A stretch of DNA of 64,000 nucleotides from a candidate division TM6 bacterium GW2011_GWF2_43_87. Lineage in GTDB: Bacteria; Babelota; Babeliae; Babelales; Babelaceae. A program made the position numbers and the translations under genes. Every line of letters starts with the position of its first letter. Position 1 is the first letter of the stretch. Shown here piece by piece: positions 26,936 through 36,799 of this stretch. The notes under the pieces were generated by a model. It did not search any database. It was given only the letters and a program-made list of their open reading frames with translations, and was not told the origin of the DNA. The stretch is from NCBI GenBank assembly GCA_001000065.1, contig LCGZ01000004.1, positions 128,867-192,866 of the forward strand, given 5' to 3'.

Positions 26936-28975
26936 GTGAATCTTGATGTATTTTATGGGGAGGATGGGTTGATGAAGCTATATATATATTTCTTAATAGC
27001 TATTTGGCTTCTGGCTCTTGGGCATGTGGACGGGCATTCCAAATTTGCAACGCATGGTTTAATTATAATAAATGACATTTCTGAGAGAGCTGATGCAGTT
27101 GGTGCAGTATTAAACATGGTAGGCTATGCATTTACGAATACAAAAGTACCTCTTATGCTCCCAGGAAGATTGTTGTATGAATATATTGAAAACCCTCTTT
27201 CTTCTTTTTCTTCATATGGAAAGCGTTTCCAATATTTTCTTTTGCCACGGGGTGGGCTTGGTAACATTCAATTTGTTCTTTGTATGCCAGATTCAATTTT
27301 GAAGCATGCATTAGGTTCAACCATTATTAATGACCTTGCTATTGAGAAAGTAGAATTAACAGACAATGATAAGGCGCAAGAAATTTTTCCTGCTGTGGTA
27401 ACGGAAAGCGAAGAAAAATATGGTATTTTATTGGACCATTTCAAACGAATAACAGTTGATTTTGCGAATATAGATTCTTTTAAAAAAATGCTTTTGGATG
27501 AGGAGTGGATGCTTGAATCTGGGGCTTCTGGGAATGGAAATAGGCATCCCGCAAAACAGACAGGATTTGGTGGATTTTCCTTATTTTCCATGTATTTAAC
27601 ATCAGAACGAGCTGCTCAGTCTCTTCGTTATGTACTTAAAAGATTGTTTGTACCTCGGGCGTCTTATACAAAAGAGGAAGCGGCCTTGTGGGTTTTATGC
27701 TTTGCAGGTCATGGGAGCCAATATGAAGCAGAAACGAACAGTAAGCGATTAGAAGTTGGGGCCGATTTTTTGAGAAGAAGAGGAGATATTTCCTGTCTAG
27801 ATAGCCGAATCTTTGGGTTGGTAATATCAGAACTTAGCAGAAAAATTAGTATAAGAATGATTGATATATTCTCCTGCTTTGGAGGTGGAATAAACCTAGG
27901 TGATCTGTTGCGCGATGTTGAGACGGGCGTAATCCCTCCATATAATTTTATTTTGGGAGGTCATACGGTTGTTGGCGATGCGACTATTGATTTAACCATG
28001 GGAGTTAAATTTGAACATTTTTTTGATACTTTTTTAGATTTAGACTTTAAGGCTCCTGAGGTTGATTGGGAAAAGGTTTCCCCAGAGAAATCATCTCTTG
28101 AGCAGGCGTATAAGATTCTTCAGACTGCATATGACAAGGTATATGCAGTCTTGGCAACTGCATATAAAAACTTTATGCCGGCGTTAAAAAATGCGACTGT
28201 AACTGCAAATAATCTTCCAGTCTATAAGCCCATAGAAACAAATTATTTTGTAGAAATTCCGTTTCCATGGCTAATGAGAATTGGAAAAAAGGAAAAAGAA
28301 GGGTGCAAGGGCTTACTTCAAATTCCCAAAGGCATAAAAAAACTATTGCTATACGCCACTACTATTCCATGCACGTTAAAATTTGAAAATTGGGGGGACG
28401 TGGACTCTTTTATATCCGCTATTCCTGGCGATACATTTCATTCTATTGAGAGGTTAGAAGGAACGGTTACGGCTGATGAATTGATCAGAAAGTTTTGTGT
28501 TGTAGATCATTTAGAAGCTATAAAATACTTCTATATAAAAAAAGTGGATCATATAAAACTTATGGACCAAGTGAAAAAGCATATTGATGGCCCTGGATCG
28601 GTGATAGTAAAACTGGATCGCAACGATGTTTCGGCGATTGTTTTTTCCGAGAAAGATGGGGCTTGTTGCCAACTTGAAGGAAAATGGGAAGGGAAGAAGA
28701 ATGTTTTTGGATCTCTTGATTATAAGGTTGGCGAATTTAAGATAGAAGCGACTACAAAAGAGGAGTGGCTAAAGGTACTTGAAGACTTAGATAAAGAGAT
28801 AATCATGTTGAAAAAGATTGCTCAGGCTCAGTCTCCCTACCGATTTTTGAAAGATGCAGATATTGATTTGCTTCCGTGGGGCTATGTAGCTCCTGTTAAG
28901 GATGATCCAAAAGAGACCGAAAAAATTTTTCAGGAGCTTGCCCGATCTTTGCACCAGATAGCAACAACCAATTAA
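26936..28975 (+). CDS. Large hypothetical protein (about 670 aa) with an N-terminal hydrophobic leader
   Basis: Long ORF with protein-like composition. Candidate start MKLYIYFLIAIWLLALG at 26972. No recognisable domain. Confidence 0.5.
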   Translation: MNLDVFYGEDGLMKLYIYFLIAIWLLALGHVDGHSKFATHGLIIINDISERADAVGAVLNMVGYAFTNTKVPLMLPGRLLYEYIENPLSSFSSYGKRFQYFLLPRGGLGNIQFVLCMPDSILKHALGSTIINDLAIEKVELTDNDKAQEIFPAVVTESEEKYGILLDHFKRITVDFANIDSFKKMLLDEEWMLESGASGNGNRHPAKQTGFGGFSLFSMYLTSERAAQSLRYVLKRLFVPRASYTKEEAALWVLCFAGHGSQYEAETNSKRLEVGADFLRRRGDISCLDSRIFGLVISELSRKISIRMIDIFSCFGGGINLGDLLRDVETGVIPPYNFILGGHTVVGDATIDLTMGVKFEHFFDTFLDLDFKAPEVDWEKVSPEKSSLEQAYKILQTAYDKVYAVLATAYKNFMPALKNATVTANNLPVYKPIETNYFVEIPFPWLMRIGKKEKEGCKGLLQIPKGIKKLLLYATTIPCTLKFENWGDVDSFISAIPGDTFHSIERLEGTVTADELIRKFCVVDHLEAIKYFYIKKVDHIKLMDQVKKHIDGPGSVIVKLDRNDVSAIVFSEKDGACCQLEGKWEGKKNVFGSLDYKVGEFKIEATTKEEWLKVLEDLDKEIIMLKKIAQAQSPYRFLKDADIDLLPWGYVAPVKDDPKETEKIFQELARSLHQIATTN

Positions 28976-29064
28976 AAATAGGCTTATGATAATTATCCCT
29001 GGCTGACAATCAATCGGTCAGGGATAATTTGTTTGGCGGTTTTAGTTGGATTCTAAGTCTGCTA

Positions 29065-29475
29065 TTATTCTTTCTTGTCGTTTTGGCTGTTGTTGTTCGA
29101 TTGCGCGGATATTTCTTGGAGTTTTTCCAAGGTTTTCAAAGCGGCAACGGATAGAGTAAGTAATGGGAAGAGATTTGAGTTTGTTTTTTTCTCATTAGAA
29201 TCCACAACAAGCGGCTTTTGCTCGTGGGGTGTTTGAGTTAGGGGTGTTTTGAAAAGTGCAGTGATATGCACGTATTTATCGCTAGGGCGACGTATGTAAT
29301 AGTAGTTATCTTCGAATTGCAACGTACTGAAAAGATTATCATTCTCGTCGACATAGGTCCGTATTTGGAGTCCAGGATAGGGGGTGTCTTGTATGTTGCA
29401 ACACCAGCTCACACAGCTTACTCCAGCCACACTCAAAAATAACAGTAGTATGCATAGCGCGTTAAAGCGTTTCAT
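29065..29475 (-). CDS. Small hypothetical secreted protein
   Basis: Signal peptide MKRFNALCILLLFLSVAGVSC. No known family. Confidence 0.4.
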   Translation of the reverse strand: MKRFNALCILLLFLSVAGVSCVSWCCNIQDTPYPGLQIRTYVDENDNLFSTLQFEDNYYYIRRPSDKYVHITALFKTPLTQTPHEQKPLVVDSNEKKTNSNLFPLLTLSVAALKTLEKLQEISAQSNNNSQNDKKE

Positions 29476-29510
29476 CGTTAGTCCTTCTTTGTAGGATTAA
29501 AGTACAGTTT

Positions 29511-32111
29511 TTAAGCTTTCATATTACTTTCAAGCCACAGACGCAGATCATTTTTCAATGTCTGAGGAATCTGGACAGCACCACCTTGCATTGTATCACC
29601 CGAACAGCCCCCCTTTAATCCTTTTGTAGTAAGCCATGCAGCGCATGCACGAAGGTCAAAGGCATTTGCAAATGCGGCAGCCCGGAGAGCAAAGAAGGTT
29701 GAAGAACTTTCTCCGTGCGAAAGTAAGAAATAAAAGCCCGGTTTTTTTTGTACCAGAATTTGTCCTAGTTCGCGTAACTCTTTACCCGACATTTCTTCTG
29801 CAACAATAAAACCAAACGGCATGCCGCGAACAAGTTCTGAGTTATTAAGCCATTCAGGAATCTGCAGAGATGCGAGTTTTTGGCGAATTTCACGCAGAGC
29901 TTGTGTTAGCTCTTTCTGTTCATTTTGCAGCCGATTAACGGCATCAACTACTTCATGCGTTTGCACTTTAAAGTGCTGGGAAAGTGTTTTTACCGTTGTA
30001 AGTGTTTCGTCAAATAGTTCTCGCGCCGCATCTCCGGTGACTGCTGTAATACGTTTAACTCCCGTTGAAAGCGCCGCGCTGGACGTGATTTTAAAGAGAC
30101 CGATTTCGCCCGTGGCTTGCACATGCGTACCGCCGCAAAGCTCAGATGAAAATCCAGTAACTTCGACTACACGTACTGATTCGGGGTTATATTTTTCGCC
30201 AAAGAATGCTATAACTCCATCTTCTAGAGCCTGTTTGTAGTTTGTGGTACGTACGTTTACGGGTAGGTTTTCAAGAATTTTTTGATTAACTAATTCTTCA
30301 ATTTCCATGAGTTTGCTTGAGGAAAGTGTATCATGGTGGGTGAAGTCAAATCGAAGATAGTCAGCACTTACCAAAGAGCCTGCTTGTTTGACATGCGATC
30401 CTACCAATTTCATTAGAGCAGATTGCAAAAGATGCGTAGCCGTGTGGTTGCGAGCCGAGCTTTTTCTATTTTTTTTGTCCACGGTTAGGGTAACTTTGTC
30501 CCCCAATACCAATTTCTCTGGTGCATCGATAGTCAGGAGGTAGGCATTACTTACTTTTTTAATGTTCTTTATCAAGGATGAATTGCCGTGCGACGTGGAA
30601 AGATATCCGGTATCCTCCATTTGGCCCCCACCAGCAATGTAGAAAGGGCTCTGCTTTGTTATTACAATGCATTCAGTTCCACGTTCAACCGATTTTATAA
30701 ACTGTCCGTCAAGCATGAGAGCTATGATTGATGAGTGCACAACAAGCTCATTGTATCCTACAAATTCTGTAACGATAGTCGGATCAAGAACTATCTTCTC
30801 TACGGTTTCTACCTTCTTGCCAGATTGCTCACGCTGCAGTGACATAGCCTTTTCAAAGCCGGGCTCATCCACCGTAAACCCTTGTTCATAAGCAACCAGC
30901 GAGGTTAACTCAAAAGGAAAACCGTAGGTGTCATACAATTTGAAGGCTTGTTCGCCCGAAATAACTTTAGTCTCTGTTGAATCCTTAAGGTACTTTTGTA
31001 AAATTCCCTGTCCTTGAATTAGGTTGTGGGAAAATTTTTCAAGTTCACTCGTTATAATACTAATGATTAACTCACGGCTAGTATAAAGCTCAGGATAGAT
31101 AGGCCCCATGTTTTCTATTAAGACAGGTGCAAGCCGGGCAAAGAACATAAGGTCGCCTAGTTTTTGAGCAAACAAAGCGGCTCGCCGTATAATTTTGCGA
31201 AGCACATACCCGCGTCCCTCGTTTGAGGGCATGCCACCGTCAGCAATACAGAGACTGGTGGAGCGTATGTGATCAGCAAGAACGCGGAACGCTGTTTGAG
31301 TTTCTGCGTCTGACGATTTGTATGACCTCCCGGAGAATTTTTCAAGAGCGGTCATGAGAGGTTCAAATAGATCGGTATCAAGAACGGTGCTAGCATTTTG
31401 AAGTACTGCAGAGATCCGTTCTAGCCCCATTCCAGTGTCAATGCCTTTTCGTTCAAGAGGAAGTTCTTTCCCATCGGCTTGCCGGTCAAATTGCATAAAT
31501 ACTAGGTTCCAGATTTCTAAAAAGCGTTCGCACTCATCACCAACTTTTAGATTTACTTCGGATTCATCTTTAGGGCCACGATCATAATAAATTTCGGAAC
31601 AGGGGCCGCATGGACCTGTATCGCCCATCTGCCAGAAATTATCTCGTCTGCCTAAACGCACGATGTGATCTGCAGGAATTCCTATTTCTTTGTTCCATAT
31701 TTGGTAGGCTTCGTCATCCGCCTCGTAGACGCTGATGTAAAGTTTGTCAGGAGAGAGATTAAGTTCTTTGGTTAAAAAGTCCCATGCAAAACGGATGGCA
31801 TCCTGTTTGAAGTAGTCTCCAAAGGAAAAGTTGCCAAGCATTTCGAAGAAAGTTAAATGGCGAGCTGTGCGCCCTACATTATCAAGATCGTTATGTTTGC
31901 CACCAGCTCTCATGCATTTTTGTATGGTTACGGCTCGAGAATAATGCCGTTTTTCTTTGCCAAGGAAGATGTCTTTAAATTGGTTCATGCCCGCATTGGC
32001 AAACAAGAGTGTTGGGTCATCAGCGGGGATAAGCGAGGAGCTTGCAACGTGTGTATGCCCGTTCTTTTTAAAGAATTCGAAGAACTTTTGACGAATCTCA
32101 ATCGATTTCAT
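29511..32111 (-). CDS. alaS: Alanine--tRNA ligase
   Basis: MKSIEIRQKFFEFFKKNGH…, FANAGMNQFK, and an 866-aa AlaRS architecture ending in a DHHA1-like C-terminus. Confidence 0.95.
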   Translation of the reverse strand: MKSIEIRQKFFEFFKKNGHTHVASSSLIPADDPTLLFANAGMNQFKDIFLGKEKRHYSRAVTIQKCMRAGGKHNDLDNVGRTARHLTFFEMLGNFSFGDYFKQDAIRFAWDFLTKELNLSPDKLYISVYEADDEAYQIWNKEIGIPADHIVRLGRRDNFWQMGDTGPCGPCSEIYYDRGPKDESEVNLKVGDECERFLEIWNLVFMQFDRQADGKELPLERKGIDTGMGLERISAVLQNASTVLDTDLFEPLMTALEKFSGRSYKSSDAETQTAFRVLADHIRSTSLCIADGGMPSNEGRGYVLRKIIRRAALFAQKLGDLMFFARLAPVLIENMGPIYPELYTSRELIISIITSELEKFSHNLIQGQGILQKYLKDSTETKVISGEQAFKLYDTYGFPFELTSLVAYEQGFTVDEPGFEKAMSLQREQSGKKVETVEKIVLDPTIVTEFVGYNELVVHSSIIALMLDGQFIKSVERGTECIVITKQSPFYIAGGGQMEDTGYLSTSHGNSSLIKNIKKVSNAYLLTIDAPEKLVLGDKVTLTVDKKNRKSSARNHTATHLLQSALMKLVGSHVKQAGSLVSADYLRFDFTHHDTLSSSKLMEIEELVNQKILENLPVNVRTTNYKQALEDGVIAFFGEKYNPESVRVVEVTGFSSELCGGTHVQATGEIGLFKITSSAALSTGVKRITAVTGDAARELFDETLTTVKTLSQHFKVQTHEVVDAVNRLQNEQKELTQALREIRQKLASLQIPEWLNNSELVRGMPFGFIVAEEMSGKELRELGQILVQKKPGFYFLLSHGESSSTFFALRAAAFANAFDLRACAAWLTTKGLKGGCSGDTMQGGAVQIPQTLKNDLRLWLESNMKA

Positions 32112-32168
32112 ATAGTGCTACCTGCGGTAAAAGGTCATGTATAAAGACATGAGTAAGTATATAATCTT

Positions 32169-33626
32169 TTGCTTATTTTGAAAAAGCACGTTCTAAAAAA
32201 AGGCGCATTTTCTATGGAGCGACTTTTACATATAGGAATTTTGGCACTGCCATTTGTTTGCATGTTAAGTGCTTTTGGTGGGGATATAGAGGCGGAAGAT
32301 CAATCGGATAAGCCATCAATAACTTTTTCTGAAAAAATTAGATGGTGCGATAATTTAGGCTGTTCATGCACAAAGCTAGAACCCACCCCCAAACCTACAT
32401 TAATTTTAAGTGGGTATGTGAATGCACAGCAGTGCTTTGATACACGTCAGGTGTATAGTTCTCGGGATGGAGAGGGCTTAGAGTATCCCTTTAAAAAAGA
32501 TATTGTAGCCTGCGGGGTTGATGCGAATAAGCAGGGTTCATTTTCGATGTATCTCTTTAACGTGCTTTTGGCTTTTTACGCGTGTGGAAAGCCTGTATGG
32601 GGAACTAAGAAAACGTATGCTATTATTTCGACTGATTTTCGAGGTATGGATGCCACTACTATCGAATTGTTGCGAATGCGCGATGCCTACGTTGTTTTTG
32701 ATTGGGAGCGAACGCAGCTTTTAACGGGTCAAAAATTACACCCTTTCTTTATAGACGATTGTTATCCCAATACGGTTGCAGGTGGTCCATTGGAGGTTTT
32801 TACCAATATTCCTATGGTTCGGTTAACCCAGAAACTGAATGGCGCGTATAAAAAGCCTAGTGATAATTTGATTTTTACCCTGGGTACACAGTGCCCGGCA
32901 ACTATGAGTAAAAGCCCAACTTCAGATGCGCCTGGAACGTCTTTTGTGAGAAGTACGCTGGTGGGACGCAACGGGGTAATGCCTATACTGCAGGTTCAGT
33001 GGCGCCATTATTTTGGTACGGATAATTTCTTTGGGATCATGATTGAGGGTCAACGGCTTCGTCCTCGTCTTAAAACAGCTGCATCTATACCCTATGCTGA
33101 AAAATGTTCTGCGTTTACTGAATGCATGTGTGGCATGTATGCAAAAATAGTTTCTGATTGTGCCATTTTAAAAACCAAGGCATCGTTTATTCAAGACGGC
33201 AGTGAGCTGGGATTTATGGGAGGATACGCGGTTGAGGACCAAGCTTCGTTCTCAAAGCGACAAAAATACACTCCTTTAAGGTCGATTTCCTTCTGGTTTG
33301 ACGTAGATTTTTGGCCAGATCAGGAGCTTTCTCCAGGGTTTATTGTTGCATTCTCAAAAAATTTGGGAGCAGGAAAATTGTTATTCCTGGATGCAAATAA
33401 ACAGCCAACCATTTACTGTTATGGACCGGGTGGATCGGCTGCAAGTATTGATACATTTTTTAAGGTTTCACCGCGATTGTGGTTTTCGAAGGGTGTGATA
33501 AATATAGGGGCAGAGATTGATTGGACTCGGGCTGGTTATGGGACTATTGATGAATATGGAGCGGTGCAGAATGCAGTTCCAGTAAATAATGTTAGATTCC
33601 AGTTATCGATATTTTATAAATTCTAG
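32169..33626 (+). CDS. Cys-rich outer-membrane beta-barrel protein (porin/MOMP-like family), paralog 1
   Basis: Signal peptide (MERLLHIGILALPFVCMLSAFGG). Many Cys. C-terminal beta-signal …VRFQLSIFYKF with alternating hydrophobics and a terminal Phe. Confidence 0.55.
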   Translation: MLILKKHVLKKGAFSMERLLHIGILALPFVCMLSAFGGDIEAEDQSDKPSITFSEKIRWCDNLGCSCTKLEPTPKPTLILSGYVNAQQCFDTRQVYSSRDGEGLEYPFKKDIVACGVDANKQGSFSMYLFNVLLAFYACGKPVWGTKKTYAIISTDFRGMDATTIELLRMRDAYVVFDWERTQLLTGQKLHPFFIDDCYPNTVAGGPLEVFTNIPMVRLTQKLNGAYKKPSDNLIFTLGTQCPATMSKSPTSDAPGTSFVRSTLVGRNGVMPILQVQWRHYFGTDNFFGIMIEGQRLRPRLKTAASIPYAEKCSAFTECMCGMYAKIVSDCAILKTKASFIQDGSELGFMGGYAVEDQASFSKRQKYTPLRSISFWFDVDFWPDQELSPGFIVAFSKNLGAGKLLFLDANKQPTIYCYGPGGSAASIDTFFKVSPRLWFSKGVINIGAEIDWTRAGYGTIDEYGAVQNAVPVNNVRFQLSIFYKF

Positions 33627-33658
33627 TTTGAAGTGGTTTAAAAAGGGGTGTGTAGCTG

Positions 33659-35127
33659 ATGACCATGGGTAGGAGATTGAGGATACTGAGCGTTTTATGG
33701 ATAGGTATTTGTACTGTTAGTGGTTTTGCGTATAATTATGCTCAGAGTAAGAATTTTGGCGAAAAGACGCAAAAAAAATTAAATACCCGAGTGATTCATA
33801 AAGCATCAGGTGAAAATTTTGACTGCTCTTGTTTAAAATTAGCGCCTACTTCTAAGCCTGTAATTACGGCTAGTGGATATGTAGATATTGAGCATTGTTT
33901 TGATACGCGTCAAATCTATGGATTTCGTGATGGTGAAAGCTTGGTATACCCTTTAAAGCGCGATTTATGTGCGTGTGGAGTTGATGCACATAAACAGGGA
34001 GCTTTTTCTATGTATCCATTTAATGTTCGGTTGGATCTGCTTATTCAACCACCCCCTGGAGTAGCCGTGGGGAATACTAAGAAGACATGGGCCTGTATAT
34101 TAACGGATTTTTATGGAATAAGTGACAGTATTACTGAACTTTTGCGTATGCGAGAAGCTTATGTTGTTTTCGAGTGGCCTGAGTCTCGGTTGTTGGTGGG
34201 ACAAGATTTACATCCATTTTTTATCGAAGATTGTTTTCCTAATACCGTGTCTTTTTCTAATGGCGCTCCTATGGAAGTTTCCACTTATATTCCTGTTGTT
34301 CGTTTTACACAAAATCTGAATAGTATATCTGGGATAAGTAAAAAAAAACCGATCAATTAATTTTTGTTTTGGCAGGTTCGCAATGTATGTTTACCAAAAG
34401 TCAAAGTCCTCTTTTTGATGCTGTTACTTCTCCAGCATCCGTTTCGTCCACTTTGGTAGCGCGCAATGGAGTAATGCCTGTTATGCATGTTCAATGGCGT
34501 CACTGTTTTGGCGGGGATAATTTTTTTGGGGTTTTGATTGAGGGACAGCGGCTTCGTCCACGTCTAAAAACCGGAACAACTCCAGCTTTTGCAGAACATG
34601 ATTCGGCTTTTACAGAATGTCTAGCGGGGGCATATGTAAGAGTTGGGTCAGATTGTGCTGTTTTGAAAGCCAAGGCGATGTTTGTTCAGGATGGGAGTGA
34701 GTTAGGATTAATAAGTGGCTATGCCGTGGAAGAGATGGCGCCAGTATCCCACAAACAAAAATATACGCCTACACGTTCTGTTGCAGCTTGGGTTGATTTA
34801 GATTTGTGGCCAGATCAGAAATGGGTGCCAGGGGGGGTGGTTGCGTTTGCAAAAAATTTGGGTGCAGGTAAGCGATTATATGTAAATCCTTCAACCGGGA
34901 GCCCGGTTGTATATGGTCTTGGACCAGTTTCTGGAGCGGCATCTACCATTGATATTGTTTTTAAAGTAGCTCCTAGATTGTGGATTAAACGAGCGGTTGT
35001 TGAGGTAGGTCTTGAGATTGATTGGACTCAGGCTAGGTATGGGACTATTGATGAATATGGGGCGGTACAGAATGCAGTTCCAGTAAATAATGTTAGATTC
35101 CAGTTATCGATATTTTATAAATTCTAA
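33659..35127 (+). pseudogene. Paralog 2 of the Cys-rich OMP family, split into two ORFs by a frameshift in an A9 homopolymer (34340..34348)
   Basis: ORFs 33659..34360 and 34369..35127 together align end-to-end with paralogs 1 and 3. Removing one A restores …ISKKKTDQLIFVLAGSQCMF…. Confidence 0.6.
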
Positions 35128-35252
35128 AAAAGGCGTTAATAACTTTTGACGAATTGCAATCGATTTCATATAGTGCTACCGGTAGCAAAATTTAGGCGTA
35201 ATATGGACGTAAGCTTATAGAAGCATGTTTTTGAAAAAGAGGGGAGCCGTAT

Positions 35253-36761
35253 ATGAAGCAACTTATAAAAATTAGCACTGGTTTCGTCGCCTCTGTCTGT
35301 ATATTGCAGATTTGCGCGGCTGATGAGGCGTCTAAAAAATTGGCAGATAAAACAGAAAAAGTTCTAGAAAGTGCTGCAGTTAAACCAGTAAAAACACCTT
35401 ATGAAAAAACCAGTTTTTGTGAGAAATTTGGCTGCTCGTGTACAAAGCTAAAGCCGCATAAAAAGCCAGTGATAACTATCAGCGGATTTGTTGATGCAGA
35501 GCACTGTTTTGATACGCGCCAGGTTTATGGATCTCGTGATGGAGAAGGGTTTTATTACCCGCGGGAGAAAGATCTTGTCGCTTGCGGGGTGGACGCTAAC
35601 AAACAGGGCTCTTTTTCAATGTTTCCGTTTAACGTTCGTTTGCTTTTCCAGATTGAGGGAGATCCGGTAGCAAATATGAAAAGAACGTATGCATTTATTG
35701 GTACGGATTTCCGTGGTACAGCTGATACTACCATTGAGCTTTTACGTATGCGTGAAGCGTACATAGTTCTCGATTGGGAGCGCACGCAGATTTTAGCGGG
35801 GCAAAAATTACATCCTTTCTGTAGTGATGACTGCAACCCTAATACGGTTTCGTATTCCAAGGGTGGCCCGATGGAAATCTATACCTATATTCCCATAGTT
35901 CGTCTAACACAGACTTTAAATGGAACCTATGAAAAACCTGCAGACCAGCTCTTTTTAATTCTTGCGGGTGGTCAATGCCCTGCAACCCAAAGTAAAAGTC
36001 CGTTGACAGATGCTCCTGGGGCGACATCTACAACGGTAGGAACTGCTAGCGCTGCAACTACTTTGGTGGGACGCAACAGTGTAATGCCCATTATGCAGGC
36101 GCAATGGCGTCATTATTTTGGCAAAGAAAATTATTTTGGAGTCACTATCGAAGGTCAGCGCCTAAGACCTCGTCTTAAAACTGTTGGGACGGGAAGTCCT
36201 GTTGTACCCTATGCCGAAAAATGTTCCGCCTTTACTGAGTGTATGTGTGCCGCTTATATGAAACTGACTTCGGAATGTGCGATTTTAAGGGCTAAATTAG
36301 CCTTTATACAAGATGGAAGTGAGCTAGGGTTTATTAGCGGCTATGCCGTTGAAGACCAAGCGAGTGTATCTAAACGACAAAAATATACTCCGTTGCGTTC
36401 TATCGCATCGTGGTTTGATGTAGATTTTTGGCCTGACCAGGAGTGGATGCCTGGGGCTGTAATTGGCTTTGCGAAAAACTTTGGTGCAGGCAAGAAGCTG
36501 TGGCTAAATGCCAATGGACAGCCTACCGTTTACACGTCAGGACCGGTTTCTGTAGCTAATCCAGGGGGTACAGGTGCAACTATCGATACGCTCTTTAAGT
36601 TTGCTCCACGATTGTGGATTAAAAAGGGCCCCGTGCATTTAGGCCTCGAATTTGACTGGACACGAGCTGCTTTTGGGAAGCTGGATGAATATGGTGCAGT
36701 CTATGGGGCTGTGCCGGTTAACAATTTCCGACTACAGTTTTCTATTTTCTATAGATTCTAG
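35253..36761 (+). CDS. Cys-rich outer-membrane beta-barrel protein, paralog 3
   Basis: Signal peptide. Conserved blocks CSCTKLKP…GFVDAEHCFDTRQVYGSRDGEG…ACGVDANKQGSFSM. C-terminus …FRLQFSIFYRF. Confidence 0.55.
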   Translation: MKQLIKISTGFVASVCILQICAADEASKKLADKTEKVLESAAVKPVKTPYEKTSFCEKFGCSCTKLKPHKKPVITISGFVDAEHCFDTRQVYGSRDGEGFYYPREKDLVACGVDANKQGSFSMFPFNVRLLFQIEGDPVANMKRTYAFIGTDFRGTADTTIELLRMREAYIVLDWERTQILAGQKLHPFCSDDCNPNTVSYSKGGPMEIYTYIPIVRLTQTLNGTYEKPADQLFLILAGGQCPATQSKSPLTDAPGATSTTVGTASAATTLVGRNSVMPIMQAQWRHYFGKENYFGVTIEGQRLRPRLKTVGTGSPVVPYAEKCSAFTECMCAAYMKLTSECAILRAKLAFIQDGSELGFISGYAVEDQASVSKRQKYTPLRSIASWFDVDFWPDQEWMPGAVIGFAKNFGAGKKLWLNANGQPTVYTSGPVSVANPGGTGATIDTLFKFAPRLWIKKGPVHLGLEFDWTRAAFGKLDEYGAVYGAVPVNNFRLQFSIFYRF

Positions 36762-36799
36762 ATAGTTATTCTGGACTTAAAAAAGAGGGAGAAGTAGCT

